Shown: in pieces, positions 36,065-49,297 of the stretch
Numbering within the stretch: position 1 is the first letter of the stretch
How the letters are laid out: every line of letters starts with the position of its first letter
NCBI RefSeq assembly: GCF_001194135.2
Contig: NC_068984.1
Coordinates: forward strand, 73,603,008-73,667,007
Length of the DNA stretch: 64,000 nucleotides
Origin: Octopus bimaculoides
Taxonomy: Eukaryota
Direction: 5' to 3'
Made by a program: the position numbers and the translations under genes
Notes under the pieces: generated by a model
Told to the model about the DNA's origin: nothing
Seen by the model: only the letters and a program-made list of their open reading frames with translations
Database searches by the model: none

Positions 36065-37419
36065 GTGAGTGATTTTAACTTTACCTCTAACCTCTCTATG
36101 ACCATCTTCTCTCATTTTTTTTTTACAATAGGGACAACAATGTATCTCCCCTACAGCAAGTCACTTATACCTGTTTCTCTCATCATACTTCAACTTCACA
36201 TCACTTGACACAAAGCCACCTTTCTCAATACTATTTCTCCCCTCAGTTGTGGTGTTTTGTCCTGCAAATTACTTAGTGACATTACTGGTGCTGGTGTTAC
36301 ATAAAAAACATCCAGTACATCTCTGTAAAGTCACTGGTGTTACAATGGGCACCCAGCTGCAGAAAACATGATAAAGCAGACATCAGAGCTTGATATAGTC
36401 CTTTGACTTGGCAGCTCCTGTCAAACCGTCCTACCCTGACCATCACAAAAAATGGATATGGCAATGACAATGATGATGACAAAGATGACAATGTCAACGC
36501 CAACACTACCAACAAATATGACTCAACTAATTAATGAAAACTGTATATTTATTTTGAAAAACATCTCTGGTCTTAAGAAAAACATGTGTGAACCAATGAG
36601 GGATTTGCTATGTGGTGAACCTAACAACAAGAAATAGTACCCAGCTCCATTTGAAATCACATGCTACCATCTTAGAAAGTGATAGACCTATTGGTTAATG
36701 TGGTCTTAGATATACATTATACCCGAAAGAAAAATAACAGAATGGTCTGCTCAATTCAGAATGATCTGAAAGTAAGCAACAACAACAACAAGACACATAT
36801 GCACATTCACACACGCACATGTGCACGTATGCACACACACCACACCACAAATACCACGCCACACATGCATACTATGTGGTTGCTTGAATCGCTAGAAAAC
36901 ATACCTAAGTTTCATTTCAGGTTAAATTCTATTTACTTTGTAAAAGAAAAAGTAAAGTGAAGGACTCATAGTTTAATGTAGTTCAAAATACACTAGGTTG
37001 TTAAAAAAATAAAAGTCACTGCCAGAGTCCATTTGGTCAAAGTTTTGCTTGATCAGGTTTGACTTGGGGCTAAAAAACAACAACAACAATATCAATTACC
37101 ACAAACACATGCACTGGAGGTGGTTCATATTCACTTTGTTATTATTTAATTATTTAGTTGCTTGGAGCAAAGTTCTTTCATCATTACACATCAGTGACCT
37201 GCTCACTGACCCCTCTACAGCTGTCTAGTTCTCAAATAGTTGGTAATTAAGTAATTAATTTAATTTGTGTATTTATTTATTTAATTGTTTATTGGTAGAA
37301 GCAAATGAATGGTTAAATAGATTAGTTATTTATACTCTGCCTTCTTACTTCTCAAGCGTTATGATTTCAAATCTGCTGCATGCTTTTTATTGATTTATTG
37401 TGTTCAGCACAAAACATTG

Positions 37420-37865
37420 GTTTCAGATTTTAGCACAAGGCCAGCAATTTTGTGGGAAAAAGTAAGTTGATTGCATTGACCCCCGTGCTCAACTGGTACT
37501 TATTGTATTGACGCCAAAAGCATGAAAGGCAAAGTGAACCTTGGCAGAATTTGAACCCACAGTGTAAAGAGGGACGAAATGCTGCCTAGCATTTTGCCTG
37601 GCTGACTAATGATTCTGCTAGCTCGTCCCACCTTTCATCCAACTCAACATATTGGTTTTAAATTTTGGCACAAGACCAAAAATTTCACGGGAGTGAAGTA
37701 AGTGAATTACGTCGGTCCCAATACTCACCTGGTACTTATTTTATCACCCCTGAAAGAATGAAAGAGAAAGTGGACTTCGGCAGAATTTGAACTCAGAACA
37801 TAAAGATGGATGAAATGTCACTAAGTATTTTACCCAGCATGCTAACAATTCTGCTGGCTCACTTT
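37420..37865 (-). mobile_element. Two head-to-tail SINE family C copies
   Basis: Two consecutive reverse-complement C units (37420-37630, 37650-37865). Confidence 0.78.
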
Positions 37866-38331
37866 CATCCAGCACAAAATATTAAACTGCATCTAGTAGT
37901 AAGGCTACTAGATGGTTTAAATGCTAAAAGATGAAAACATGTCAAGTTTCCTAACACTCAAATACCATATAAAATACAGTAAAATTGTGAGGAATATTGC
38001 TTGTTGTTTTTATTTTGATTTTCTTATACATCTGTTTTATTTATTTTTTATTTCCATCATTTTTCTTTTATTTGTTTCATTCATTAGACTGTGGCCATGC
38101 TGGGGCACCACCTTGAGGAAATTTTTTATCTAAGGAATAATGAATCAAACCCATTGCTTATATTTCTTACAACTTGTACTTATGTTATCAGTCTCTTTTG
38201 CCAAACTGCTGAGTTATAGGAACATGAACACACTAACACAAACTGTCAAGTAGTGGTGTGGGACACACACACACACATGTTAAATTAAACTTACGTTTAG
38301 AAGTTAGGTTTAGAAGCATTGAGATGTATTG

Positions 38332-38542
38332 AAAGATACAGATAAGGAAATAATTTTATTCTCAAACGCAGGATAATGCTAGTAATATAGCATGAACAGG
38401 ATAAACTATCCATATTTTGCAGAAAAATCTGTTGGCAGCCAACAGATTTTTCTGCAAAATGTGGATAGTTTATCCTGTTCATGCTATATTACTAGCATTA
38501 TCCTGCATTTGAGAATAAAATTATTTCTTTATCTGTATCTTT
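38332..38542. repeat. 211-bp near-perfect palindrome (105-bp arms, 1-nt centre)
   Basis: AAAGATACAGATAAGG...TCTGTTGGC-A-GCCAACAGA...CTTTATCTGTATCTTT with 3 mismatches and centre at 38437; not adjacent to a gap. Confidence 0.95.
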
Positions 38543-38546
38543 ATTT

Positions 38547-38590
<44 letters not shown>

Positions 38591-39364
38591 CTTAATAATA
38601 ATAAAACTCTAGAGATGTTTGTTTGTACGTGAAATATCTCAGAAATAGTATATTTTACCTTAATTATTTTTTTTTGCATATATATTTCCATACTTACCTT
38701 CGGCAGTGCAGTACAAATTTTTGTGATATTTGGACCTCTATTTATTAAAGAAAGCAATTAAACACAATTTCGGTTTGTTATTTCTTGACAAAAAACAAAA
38801 CATGGCTTCCATGACATCAACACACATACACATACAAAATACACACACATATAATGAATGTCATGGTATGTCAATCAACACAAACACAGGTCCACTAGCT
38901 GTGACACATACACACACACACAAATATTTTTATCTGAATGTGATTTCAGAAATGTAAGTTGCTTGTACAGTAAGTATTTATATTTTAGCTTTCTTTAAAC
39001 AGACTGTTTTAATGTCTTTTTTAAATTATTTTCAAGTGAATGGCGATCTTCTGCTTGGACTCTCAGAACTGTCGTCCGGAGTTCGTTAATTTCCGTAAAA
39101 CATTTTTATTCATTTACTTTTGTTTTAAAGTGAAAGAGAGGAGAAAGTGAAAAATGTATGTACGTGTGTATATGAAATGGACATGTGTATGTGAAAGAGA
39201 GAGAGAAAGAGAGAGAGTGAATGAAGGTGTGTGTTATGTATACGTACATACATCAATACATATGTGTACATCTTTTTTTGTATGTACATGTGCATGTGTA
39301 TGTGTGAGAGAGAGAGAGAGGAGTGAGTGAGTGAATGTGTGTTCTCATGTATGTGTAAGTGGCA

Positions 39365-39484
<120 letters not shown>

Positions 39485-40289
39485 CATCCATTTCCTATAC
39501 ACGTTCATACATCTTTCACTTTCTCCTCTCTTTCACTCTAAAACAAAAGTGAACAGATAAAAATTTTTTACGGAAATTAACAAACAAAACCAACTGATCC
39601 GGATGACAGTTCTGAGAGTCAAAGCGAAAGATCACCCCAAGGGAATACCATTACAAAAATCTTTTGGAGTGCATTCAACATATCTCAGCTCCAAAGATTT
39701 GGCTGCTACCACATAACAGCTATTTGTGATAATTAACCCAAAATACCTGTTATGTGGTAGCAGGTCAGACAAGAAATTGCAGCCAAATCTTTCTTTTTCT
39801 GGGGAAAGGAGCCGTTTATGCATGATTTCAATGTCACATTCATTGAAAGCATGCAAAATAATCTGGAAAAGAAAAAGAAAACCCATGAAACAAAACTCTG
39901 TTGCTGGAAAACTCAGACTTTCCAGGTGACCCAACAGGTCACAGGTAGTCTANNNNNNNNNNNNNNNNNNNNNNNNNNNNNNNNNNNNNNNNNNNNNNNN
40001 NNNNNNNNNNNNNNNNNNNNNNNNNNNNNNNNNNNNNNNNNNNNNNNNNNNNNNNNNNNNNNNNNNNNNNNNNNNNNNNNNNNNNNNNNNNNNNNNNNNN
40101 NNNNNNNNNNNNNNNNNNNNNNNNNNNNNNNNNNNNNNNNNNNNNNNNNNNNNNNNNNNNNNNNNNNNNNNNNNNNNNNNNNNNNNNNNNNNNNNNNNNN
40201 NNNNNNNNNNNNNNNNNNNNNNNNNNNNNNNNNNNNNNNNNNNNNNNNATACATACATACATACATACATACATACATACATACATACA

Positions 40290-40322
<33 letters not shown>

Positions 40323-40442
40323 TGTCGTAGATCGTAGGCTTGAAACATAAAAGACTTTCTCACCTCCTGAGCATTAAACTAATACACCTATTTGTTGTTT
40401 ACACACCTGTCTTCATCCTTTGCTTTTTTTGTAAATTCCAAC

Positions 40443-40474
<32 letters not shown>

Positions 40475-40654
40475 AACACATACATACAGGCACAGGAGTG
40501 GCTGTGTGGTAAGTAGCTTGCTTACCAACCACATGGTTCCAGGTTCAGTCCCACTGCATACAAATAATAAGTCCTGGGGTCGATTTATTCAACTAAAGGT
40601 GGTGCTCCAGCATGGCCACAGTCAAATGACTGAAACAAATAAAAGAATAGAAGA

Positions 40655-40694
<40 letters not shown>

Positions 40695-40893
40695 CAGGTA
40701 TCTTTCAGTTTCCATCTAACAGATCCACTCTCAAAGTCTTTGGTCAGCTCAAGGCTATAGTAGAAGACACTTGCCGAAGGTTCCACACAGTGGGACTGAA
40801 CTTGGAACCATGTTGTTGGGAAGCAAGCTACTTACCATGATTTTTTTACTAATTAATTAATTTCTTTATTTGTTTATTTATTTATTGTTGTAG

Positions 40894-40985
40894 GTTTCCT
40901 GAACTGACAGTTGAATGTCCTAGTGTCACTTGTGATGACAACAAAGTTATTGAACCTTTCAAAGCAACAATTCTTGATAACGGTG
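40894..40985 (+). CDS. CFAP47: CFAP47 exon 12 in window
   Basis: ttgtAG/..ggtg/GTaag. Peptide TFPELTVECPSVTCDDNKVIEPFKATILDNG resembles CFAP47 LCVQIPTVRLLDGEEIHPLSVKF. Phase 2 to 1. Confidence 0.87.
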
Positions 40986-43206
40986 GTAAGTACCAAACCT
41001 TCATTGTAATCATTATAACATGATTTTTTTGTGTGGGGGGGTAGAGCTTTTTTTTTGCTTTATAGTTTGTTTTTTTACTTTTTTTATGCATTCATAATCT
41101 CCTAGCAAGATTGAACTTGTTCACCAGTTATTCTACATATTCAAGTCCCTATGATTCTACAAAACTGAGATCATTGTTATCTGACTATACCATTCCTTAA
41201 AACATTAAAAGTCTAATATTAATTTTATTTTCATCCCTTTGCGGTTGATAAAATAAGTACCATTTGAGCACCAAGGTTGATGTAGCTAACTTAATTAATA
41301 ATACTAATGATATATGTGCATATGCATGTATACATACATATATGTACATACCTACATCTACATGTGTATATAGATGCATATCCGGGTACAGGACGTCAGA
41401 AAAAGGAACGGAAACATAAAGCACAAAAACGGACTTTGTTTACAGACAACAGAACGAACACATAGGAAAACAGACGAGCCACTTATGGAACTTTTCCTTC
41501 ATCAGCTGCCTCTATTCTAAACTAGGCGTTTCAAAGATGAGGATAAGACAACAAAAAACTGCACCCCTCTGCCAAGCCATGTCAAGCCAATCGGCAGAGT
41601 AGACTCATCAAACCAGTATGATTTCAAGCTCAAATTCACAGCCTCCATATCAGACCATGGTTGCTGGAGAGGACATATTCATCCTGCAATAGACTGAACA
41701 TAGGCAATCCAGTCCAATATTATCTTAGGACTGATGTCCTCATGTTTGCTGCTATAGTCTCAATATCTTAGCTGAAGTAACCTTGGGCATTCTTTAGGTG
41801 CCAGTTATATTCAGTTTTGTTCTTGGAAAAACATATAGTGTGTAATAGGAGGGATATTTGGCTGCTATTTGTTGCTAGTCAGTCAATGGCATTGAGAGAC
41901 TCTCTCTCTCATTTGGCTCATTGTTGTTGCTGTTAACAGTGATGGGGGTGATAAACTAAGGCTAATGTCAATAGCAACGATGATGACGATTATGATGACG
42001 GTGATAGTAAACATTGGGATAGGAAGAAGAGAAGGAAAAATCGCAAAAGAGTAAAATATTTCTGGTAGTGATAAAGATGATGATGATAATGATGGTGGTG
42101 GTGATATTGATAGTGGTGTGGTGGTGGTGCCAGTGATAAGAATGATAATAATTATGATCATAAAAGTGATGATAGATTTTAATAAAGATGACAATGATAT
42201 TGATGATATTGGGAGATCATAACAATGATGCTGATAACAAGGACGGTGATGCAAAACACGATAGCAATGATGATAGCTAATGATGGTGATAACAATGGTA
42301 ATAATAGTGATGACAATGATGATGATGATGATGATGATGATGATAGTGTTAAAAGTGATGGGAATGATGGTAGTATAGTCACAACAATGAAAGGATGAAA
42401 ATGATAATGATATGGGTGATGATGAAGATGATGGTCGCGGTTGTGGTACAAAATAATGAAGAAAATATTCCAGAAGTAATTAGAGTGATAGAATTCAGGT
42501 TGGCACTCTTTGATTTGTTTTGCTTTTTTTTAATTTTTTTTATTTGCAGAGAGACACAAAAAACAATTACACACACACACACACACACATATATGCACCC
42601 ACGTCCACCTACACATATACATCCACAAAATAAATAAGGTGAAAAACTATATTTGTTTCTNNNNNNNNNNNNNNNNNNNNNNNNNNNNNNNNNNNNNNNN
42701 NNNNNNNNNNNNNNNNNNNNNNNNNNNNNNNNNNNNNNNNNNNNNNNNNNNNNNNNNNNNNNNNNNNNNNNNNNNNNNNNNNNNNNNNNNNNNNNNNNNN
42801 NNNNNNNNNNNNNNNNNNNNNNNNNNNNNNNNNNNNNNNNNNNNNNNNNNNNNNNNNNNNNNNNNNNNNNNNNNNNNNNNNNNNNNNNNNNNNNNNNNNN
42901 NNNNNNNNNNNNNNNNNNNNNNNNNNNNNNNNNNNNNNNNNNNNNNNNNNNNNNNNNNNNNNNNNNNNNNNNNNNNNNNNNNNNNNNNNNNNNNNNNNNN
43001 NNNNNNNNNNNNNNNNNNNNNNNNNNNNNNNNNNNNNNNNNNNNNNNNNNNNNNNNNNNNNNNNNNNNNNNNNNNNNNNNNNNNNNNNNNNNNNNNNNNN
43101 NNNNNNNNNNNNNNNNNNNNNNNNNNNNNNNNNNNNNNNNNNNNNNNNNNNNNNNNNNNNNNNNNNNNNNNNNNNNNNNNNNNNNNNNNNNNNNNNNNNN
43201 NNNNNN

Positions 43207-43690
43207 GGTTGGTTGGCTGGTTGGTTGATTAGATGGTTGGTTGGTTGGTTGGTTGGTTAAATGGTTGGTTGGCTGGTTGATTGGTTGGTTAGATGGATGG
43301 TTGGATGGTTGGTTGGTTGTTTGTTTGTTTGGTTGGTTGGTTGGTTGGTTGGTTGGTCAGTCGGTCGGTTGGTTAGTTGGTCAGTCGGTCGGTCGGTTGG
43401 TTGGTTGGTTGGATGGATGATTGTTTGGTTGGATGGATGGTTGGTTGGTTAGTTGGTTGGATGATTGTTTGGTTGGATGGATGGCTGGTTGGTTGGTTGG
43501 TTGGATGATTGTTTGATTGGGTGGTTGGTTGGTTGGTTGGTTAGATGGATGTGTGAAGGCTGCTTGGTTGGATAATTAGATGGTTGGTTGTTTGCTTGCT
43601 TTGACAGGTGGATGTTTAGTTGGTTGATTGGTAGATTGGTTAATCGGTTCACTGATTGGCTGGATGGATGGATGATTGGTTGGTTGGTTG
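43207..43690 (+). repeat. (GGTT)/(GGAT)n tetranucleotide satellite next to a gap
   Basis: Directly visible. Confidence 0.95.
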
Positions 43691-43831
43691 ATTATGAAAT
43701 TATAAATGACATGTTTAATAACAGGCACATTAACAATTAGAACAACAAATTCAAAATGCCGTAATTATCGAAGTAATAATTTTTGTTGTCTATATTATTT
43801 CAAAACAAAATGTTATTTAATGTCAGTGTTG

Positions 43832-43863
<32 letters not shown>

Positions 43864-44299
43864 GGTGGTGGTATTGTTAGTAAAGTTTTTTGGGTTTTTT
43901 TTTTCTTTTTTTGTTTTTTTTCTTCTTTTTTTGGTGTTGAAGGTGGTGTTGCTACTGATGCAAAAAGCTTTTAATCTGTGATAGTTTAAAAAATAGCAAA
44001 AAATATTGCTTTAATGTTCTTTTTTGGATTTCATATTTTTTTTAAATCTATCAATTCTTTTTCTTTTTTTGCTTTACTTCCTCTTCCTGCATCAACATCA
44101 TCATCATTATTCTCATTCTCATTCTCATTCTCACCAACTTTATATAAATCATCATCATCGTCAGTGTCATTATCATTATCAACAACAGTATCATCATCAT
44201 CATCATTATTTCCACCACCATTTTCTCATCATCATTATCCTCATCATTTTCATGTAGAGGTGAAAAGTTTGATGAAAATAGGTTTTGCCATTGTTATCA

Positions 44300-44820
44300 T
44301 CATCATCATCATCGTTTAACATCCGTTTTCCATGCTGGCATGGGTTGGACGGTTTGACTGAGGACTGGCAAGCCAGAAGGCTGTGCCAGGCTCTAATCTG
44401 ATCTGGCAAGGTTTCTACAGCTGGATGCCCTTCCCAATGCCAACCACTCCGAGAGTGTAGTAGGTGCTTTTAACATACCACTGGCACAGGTGCCAGTCAG
44501 GCAGCCCTGGCATTGTTCACGTTCGGATAGTGCTTTTTACACACCACTGGCACAGGAGCCAGTCAGGGGGCACTGGCATCAGCCACGTTCGGATAGTGCT
44601 TTTTACATGCCACCAGCACACATCCTCATTTAATGCTCATTTTCCATGCTGGCATGGGTCGGACAATTTAAGAGGAGCTGGACAGCTGGAGAGCTGCCCA
44701 GGTACCTATTCTTTGTTTTAGCATTGTTGCTATAGTTAAATACCCTTCTTAAAATCAACCACTTTACAGAGTGTACTGGGTGCTTCTTATGTAGCACGAG
44801 CTCAGGTTCTTTTTATGCGG
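44300..44820 (-). mobile_element. Family D long copy with ~60-bp subrepeats, plus adjacent D-related fragment
   Basis: CATCATCATCGTTTAACATCCG.. core, then two CACGTTCGGATAGTGCTTTTTAC units. Confidence 0.72.
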
Positions 44821-45129
44821 CACCAGCACTGGTGCTTTTTATTATCATTTCCATCATCAATGTCATAGTCATTGTCATCGTCATCATCATCACCACCACC
44901 ACCATCACCCTGATGCAGAGATGAAATAGTTGCTGCAATAAGGGCACTGGGTATTGAACCTGGCTGTCAAAATATGAACAGAGGCTCAGCACTATTCTGT
45001 AACATGGAATTTCATTCTGGTTATCATTAAATGATTTGTAATCTTGTATTTTTTTTTTTGTATTTTCATGTTTTTGCCTTTTATTCTTTTTTTTGTTCTT
45101 TTTTCTTTTTTTTTTTTAAACCTCTCCAG

Positions 45130-45226
45130 ATACTTCTGAGGAGATCATCTGCTGCCTTAGTTTTAAGTCTGAAATTCCTGTCTCATTTCGAGGATTAGTC
45201 AAATTCACAGACCAGCATGAGAATTG
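45130..45226 (+). CDS. CFAP47: CFAP47 exon 13 in window
   Basis: ctccAG/..ttg/GTaag. Peptide DTSEEIICCLSFKSEIPVSFRGLVKFTDQHEN resembles CFAP47 LTCHLSFKSSKPVSFFTNLLFCDDRKN. Phase 1 to 2. Confidence 0.92.
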
Positions 45227-45539
45227 GTAAGCCAATATTTTCTTTCATCATTAATTTGGATAATCAGTCAAACATATAAAGGAATTAACTACTCAAACCA
45301 ATACCATGGGTTATGATGAACCAAGTAGGCTTTGATGTACTGAATGATGTGCTCTAAAAAGATTCTCTATCTTAAAATACAGCTGACCAACCATGTTTCC
45401 CTGACTATGGTGTGCTGATGAGGCCCAGTAAGTCAGAAACATGTCTGCTCATCATTAATTATATGAATGACTAGGCTAAGCATCTCAGCAGTGATTCCTG
45501 ATGGGCCAGGGGCTTTCCCTGTCTTCATATCTTTAATTG

Positions 45540-46030
45540 GGTCTACATTTGGCAGACTGTCCTTCCCTCAATCATTTTCTACATTTAGCAGCCTTTCATA
45601 TTGACATTTACAAGCTTCTTTCTTTGCAGAATCATTAAAAGCAAGTGAACCATCATCCACGTGGAACATTTCTTCTATGACATCATGATTTTCTCTCACA
45701 CTGTCTTGCAATACAAAACACTTGAAGTCTCTGGTCCTCACATCACAGTATATTGGCAAACTTCTTTTCTACTTTTCCCTAGGCTAAATACACCTGTCTC
45801 TTTGCTTCCTTTCTGGCTGTCTGATACAGTTCCATGCTACTACCACACTTACAGTCCTTCCAGGCCTGTTTCTTTTCTCTAATGGCCTTGTCAACTACAC
45901 TGTTCCACCACCATATCACCTTAGGTCAAGAAGGGGGTTTGTGCCAGCCACAAATTTGGTCAGTGGCCCTCAGCAGATTGTCCTGTAAGAACCACCAGTT
46001 GTCCTCCATATCATATGTCGCTACACATCA
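45540..46030 (-). mobile_element. RTE LINE internal fragment (EN-RT linker)
   Basis: Minus strand EDNWWFLQDNLLRATDQICGW..VIWWWNSVVDKAIREKKQAWKD..ELYQTARKEAKRQVYLA, then DGSLAFNDSAKKEACKCQYERLLNVEN. Confidence 0.8.
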
Positions 46031-46084
46031 AATTATAATCATTATCATTTCATTACTGCATGCAAATTAGGTGAGCAGGTATTT

Positions 46085-46660
46085 TATTTTAAAGTTTGGC
46101 GACAAGTCTTCTCAAATCTCAAGAATTTTCTTGAGTTTCCTGCATAATTATAGGACAGTATGTTTCTGCAGGTTGACGATGCAAGTTTCAATTCCAATTT
46201 CTTTCAGTTTTTTAGGTTAGAATTTTGGGTGTTGTGCCAAGCACACCAATTACTATAGAAATAATTGTTGTCTTGGTCTTCCACAGTCTCTTCAATTCTC
46301 TGGTTAGATCCTGATATTTTTCATTTCTTTCCATTTCTTTAGTACCAACTCTGCTGTTATAGGAAATGGTAAAAATCTATGATCTTACATTGTTTGTTTA
46401 TTTTTGTCCTCTATAGTCACAGCCAGTTTTCTTGCTTCAATGATATGGTCAGTGTTTATGGAGAAACCCCACAAGATCTTTTAATTCACATTTTCTGTCA
46501 CAGCCTCTGTTTCATGTTCACACCATTTTTCTGTTGTATTGAAGTCACGCACTTGACCAACATCCCAATGTATGCTTTTACCTACACAGTCATGTCTGTG
46601 TTTATCCTCCTTTTGTGTTAGTATTTTGCACTCACGCAAAAGATGATTGATACTTTTGTC
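46085..46660 (-). mobile_element. RLE-type non-LTR retrotransposon C-terminus (R4/Dong-like), decayed
   Basis: Minus strand NHLLRECKILTQKEDKHRHDCVGKSIHWD..WCEHETEAVTEN..KILWGFSINTDHIIEARK..EKYQDLTRELKRLWK..IVIGVLG: CCHC remnant, RHD and RLE motifs. Confidence 0.75.
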
Positions 46661-47152
46661 TCCTTTCCTACAGATTCTATATTTGTTGTCTGACTGAGTT
46701 TTGTTGATCTTTACGTTTTATCAAATTTGTTCTAAGGGTTTGTTCCTAAGTGACTATAATTAGCATTTCTGTCTCTCATATCAAGTTCCTATCTGTCAAC
46801 CAGGGCCAGTGATCTTTACTTTTAGCATTCTTGGTTTGTTGCATGACTTGGTAATGTAATTTCATTTCTTTGTTTATTTTGTTGTTCTTCTTTTTCTCCT
46901 TGAATTCTCTTACTGTTTCAGTCACTTTTTGGGTATCGCTGGCTGATATTATTCTTTCTTTACTCTACACAACATAATTTTTCAGACCCAGTATCACAGT
47001 ATTAATAGATTATTGTTACTATTATTATTATCATTATTATTCAGTAGTTTTATTTTTACAATGTGCTTTCACTTCACTACCGAGCGCAGCTCTGTGTGCC
47101 TTGGGTATGTGCTGTGGTTTGCTGTGATGCTCTTATGGTTACTGTATTGAAA

Positions 47153-47187
<35 letters not shown>

Positions 47188-47204
47188 CGTTATTATTATT
47201 ATTG

Positions 47205-47240
<36 letters not shown>

Positions 47241-47249
47241 GTATTTCTA

Positions 47250-47461
47250 AGGTAGCAAGCTGACAGAATCGTTAACATGCTGGGCAAAATGCTTAGCAGT
47301 ATTTCGTCTCTAGCTACATTCTAAGTTCAAATTCCATCGAAGTCGACTTTGCTTTTCATCCTTTCAGGGTTGATAAATCAAGTACCAGTCAAATTCTGGG
47401 GTCGATGTGATTGACTTACCCCTCCCCACAAATTTCAGGCCTTGTGCCTGTAGTAGGAAGG

Positions 47462-47510
<49 letters not shown>

Positions 47511-47880
47511 GCATGCTGGACGAAATGCTTAGTGGTATTTCACCCATCGCTATGTTCTGAGTTCAAATATCGCCAAGATCAACTTTGCTTTTCATCCTTT
47601 TGGGTTCAATAAATTAAGTACCAGCAAAACACTGAGGTTGATGTAACCAACTAGTCCCCTACCCTACAAATTTCAAGCCTTGTGTCTTTAGGAGAAAGGA
47701 TTATTATTGTTATTATTATTTTTATTATTATTATTAAAGTAGGAAGCTAGAAGAATTGTTAGCATGCTGGGTGAAATGCTTAGCAGCATTTCGTCTGTCT
47801 TTAAATTCTGAGTTCAAATTCCACTAAGGTCAACTTTGCTTTTCATCCCTTCAGGTTCAATGAAATAAGTACCAGCTGAA
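47250..47880 (+). mobile_element. Three head-to-tail SINE family C copies separated by (ATT)n
   Basis: Units at about 47250-47460, 47510-47700 and 47740-47880, each preceded by (ATT)n. Confidence 0.82.
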
Positions 47881-47894
47881 CCGGGCCATTTAAG

Positions 47895-48318
47895 AGTACC
47901 CTTCAATCATTGAGCAATAAACTGTGCTTGAAAAGACCTGTTGAGTCAAATGAAATCATTATCGTGGCCAATGCCAGTACTGCCTGACTGGCTTCCATGC
48001 CAGTGTCACATAAAAAGTACCATATGAACATGATCAATGCCAGTGCCGCCTGACTGGTCCCATGCTAGTGGCAAATAAAAAGCACCATTTGAGCACGGTC
48101 AATGCCAGTGCCGCCTGACTGGCCCTCATGCCAGTGGCATGTAAAAAGCATCAACTACACTCTCAGAGCAGTTGGTATTAGGAAGGACATCTAGCTGTAG
48201 AAACCTTACCAGATCAGATTGGAGCCTGGTGCAGCCTTCTGGCTTGCCAGTTCTCAGTCAAACCATCCAACCCATGCCATTATGAAAAGTGGACGTTAAG
48301 TGATGATAATGATGATGA
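47895..48318 (+). mobile_element. Family D copy with three ~55-bp internal subrepeats
   Basis: Three CAATGCCAGT(A/G)C(T/C)GCCTGACTGG units, then the D core and (ATG)n. Confidence 0.78.
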
Positions 48319-49248
48319 ACCTTGAAGTTGATGTAACCTACTTTCCCTTCTCCCAAAATTGCTGGCCATATGTCAAAAAATTTGTTGTTGTTGTTGTTGT
48401 TGTTGTTATACAGGTGAGTTAGAAGGTTAATAGATAAGCAGTAAAATAGATGTATGTGCATATGTACAAACACAGCCAAATTAATCCAACACAATCTTGC
48501 CATCATCCAGCATTACAGATTTTTTCTTGATAAAAATAATTTTAAAAAAATAAAAAACAATGGCCATTTCCATGATTAAACATTAATTTTCATCTAATTT
48601 ACTGAATATGAATTAAAATTTTAATATTATGAAGCACCATGATAAATTTCGTTTCCTACTTTCACACATTAATAATGATCTAATTGTTTACCTTTTTGTT
48701 GCTGCCATTGATGTATTTTTGTGTTGCTTTTTTTTTTTTTTTGGATACATTTGTTGTTGGTTTTTGTTGCTTTGTATTTTTACGCTTGTGGTTGGAGTTG
48801 CAAGCATGTTGTTGCAGAAGTTGTTGCTATAGTCACTGGTTGTTGCTGTTGTTGTTTTTGCGGTTTTTGGCTTCTTTTTGCTTTGATAGTGGTTGTGGTG
48901 GGGGTGAGGGTGGGGTTGTTTGTTGTCATTATTGTTGTTGTTCTTTTATGCTTTTGGCTACACTTGTTATTGTCTTCAGCGTCATTTCTCTTTTATCTTT
49001 TATTATTTACTTGTTTCACGCATTAGNNNNNNNNNNNNNNNNNNNNNNNNNNNNNNNNNNNNNNNNNNNNNNNNNNNNNNNNNNNNNNNNNNNNNNNNNN
49101 NNNNNNNNNNNNNNNNNNNNNNNNNNNNNNNNNNNNNNNNNNNNNNNNNNNNNNNNNNNNNNNNNNNNNNNNNNNNNNNNNNNNNNNNNNNNNNNNNNNN
49201 NNNNNNNNNNNNNNNNNNNNNNNNNNNNNNNNNNNNNNNNNNNNNNNN

Positions 49249-49297
<49 letters not shown>

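Noticed and set aside
41490-41545. GAAAC...CTGATGA word pair on the minus strand
   Set aside because: No UH cleavage site or stem I between them, and no GAAA after the downstream hairpin; does not fold as a hammerhead.
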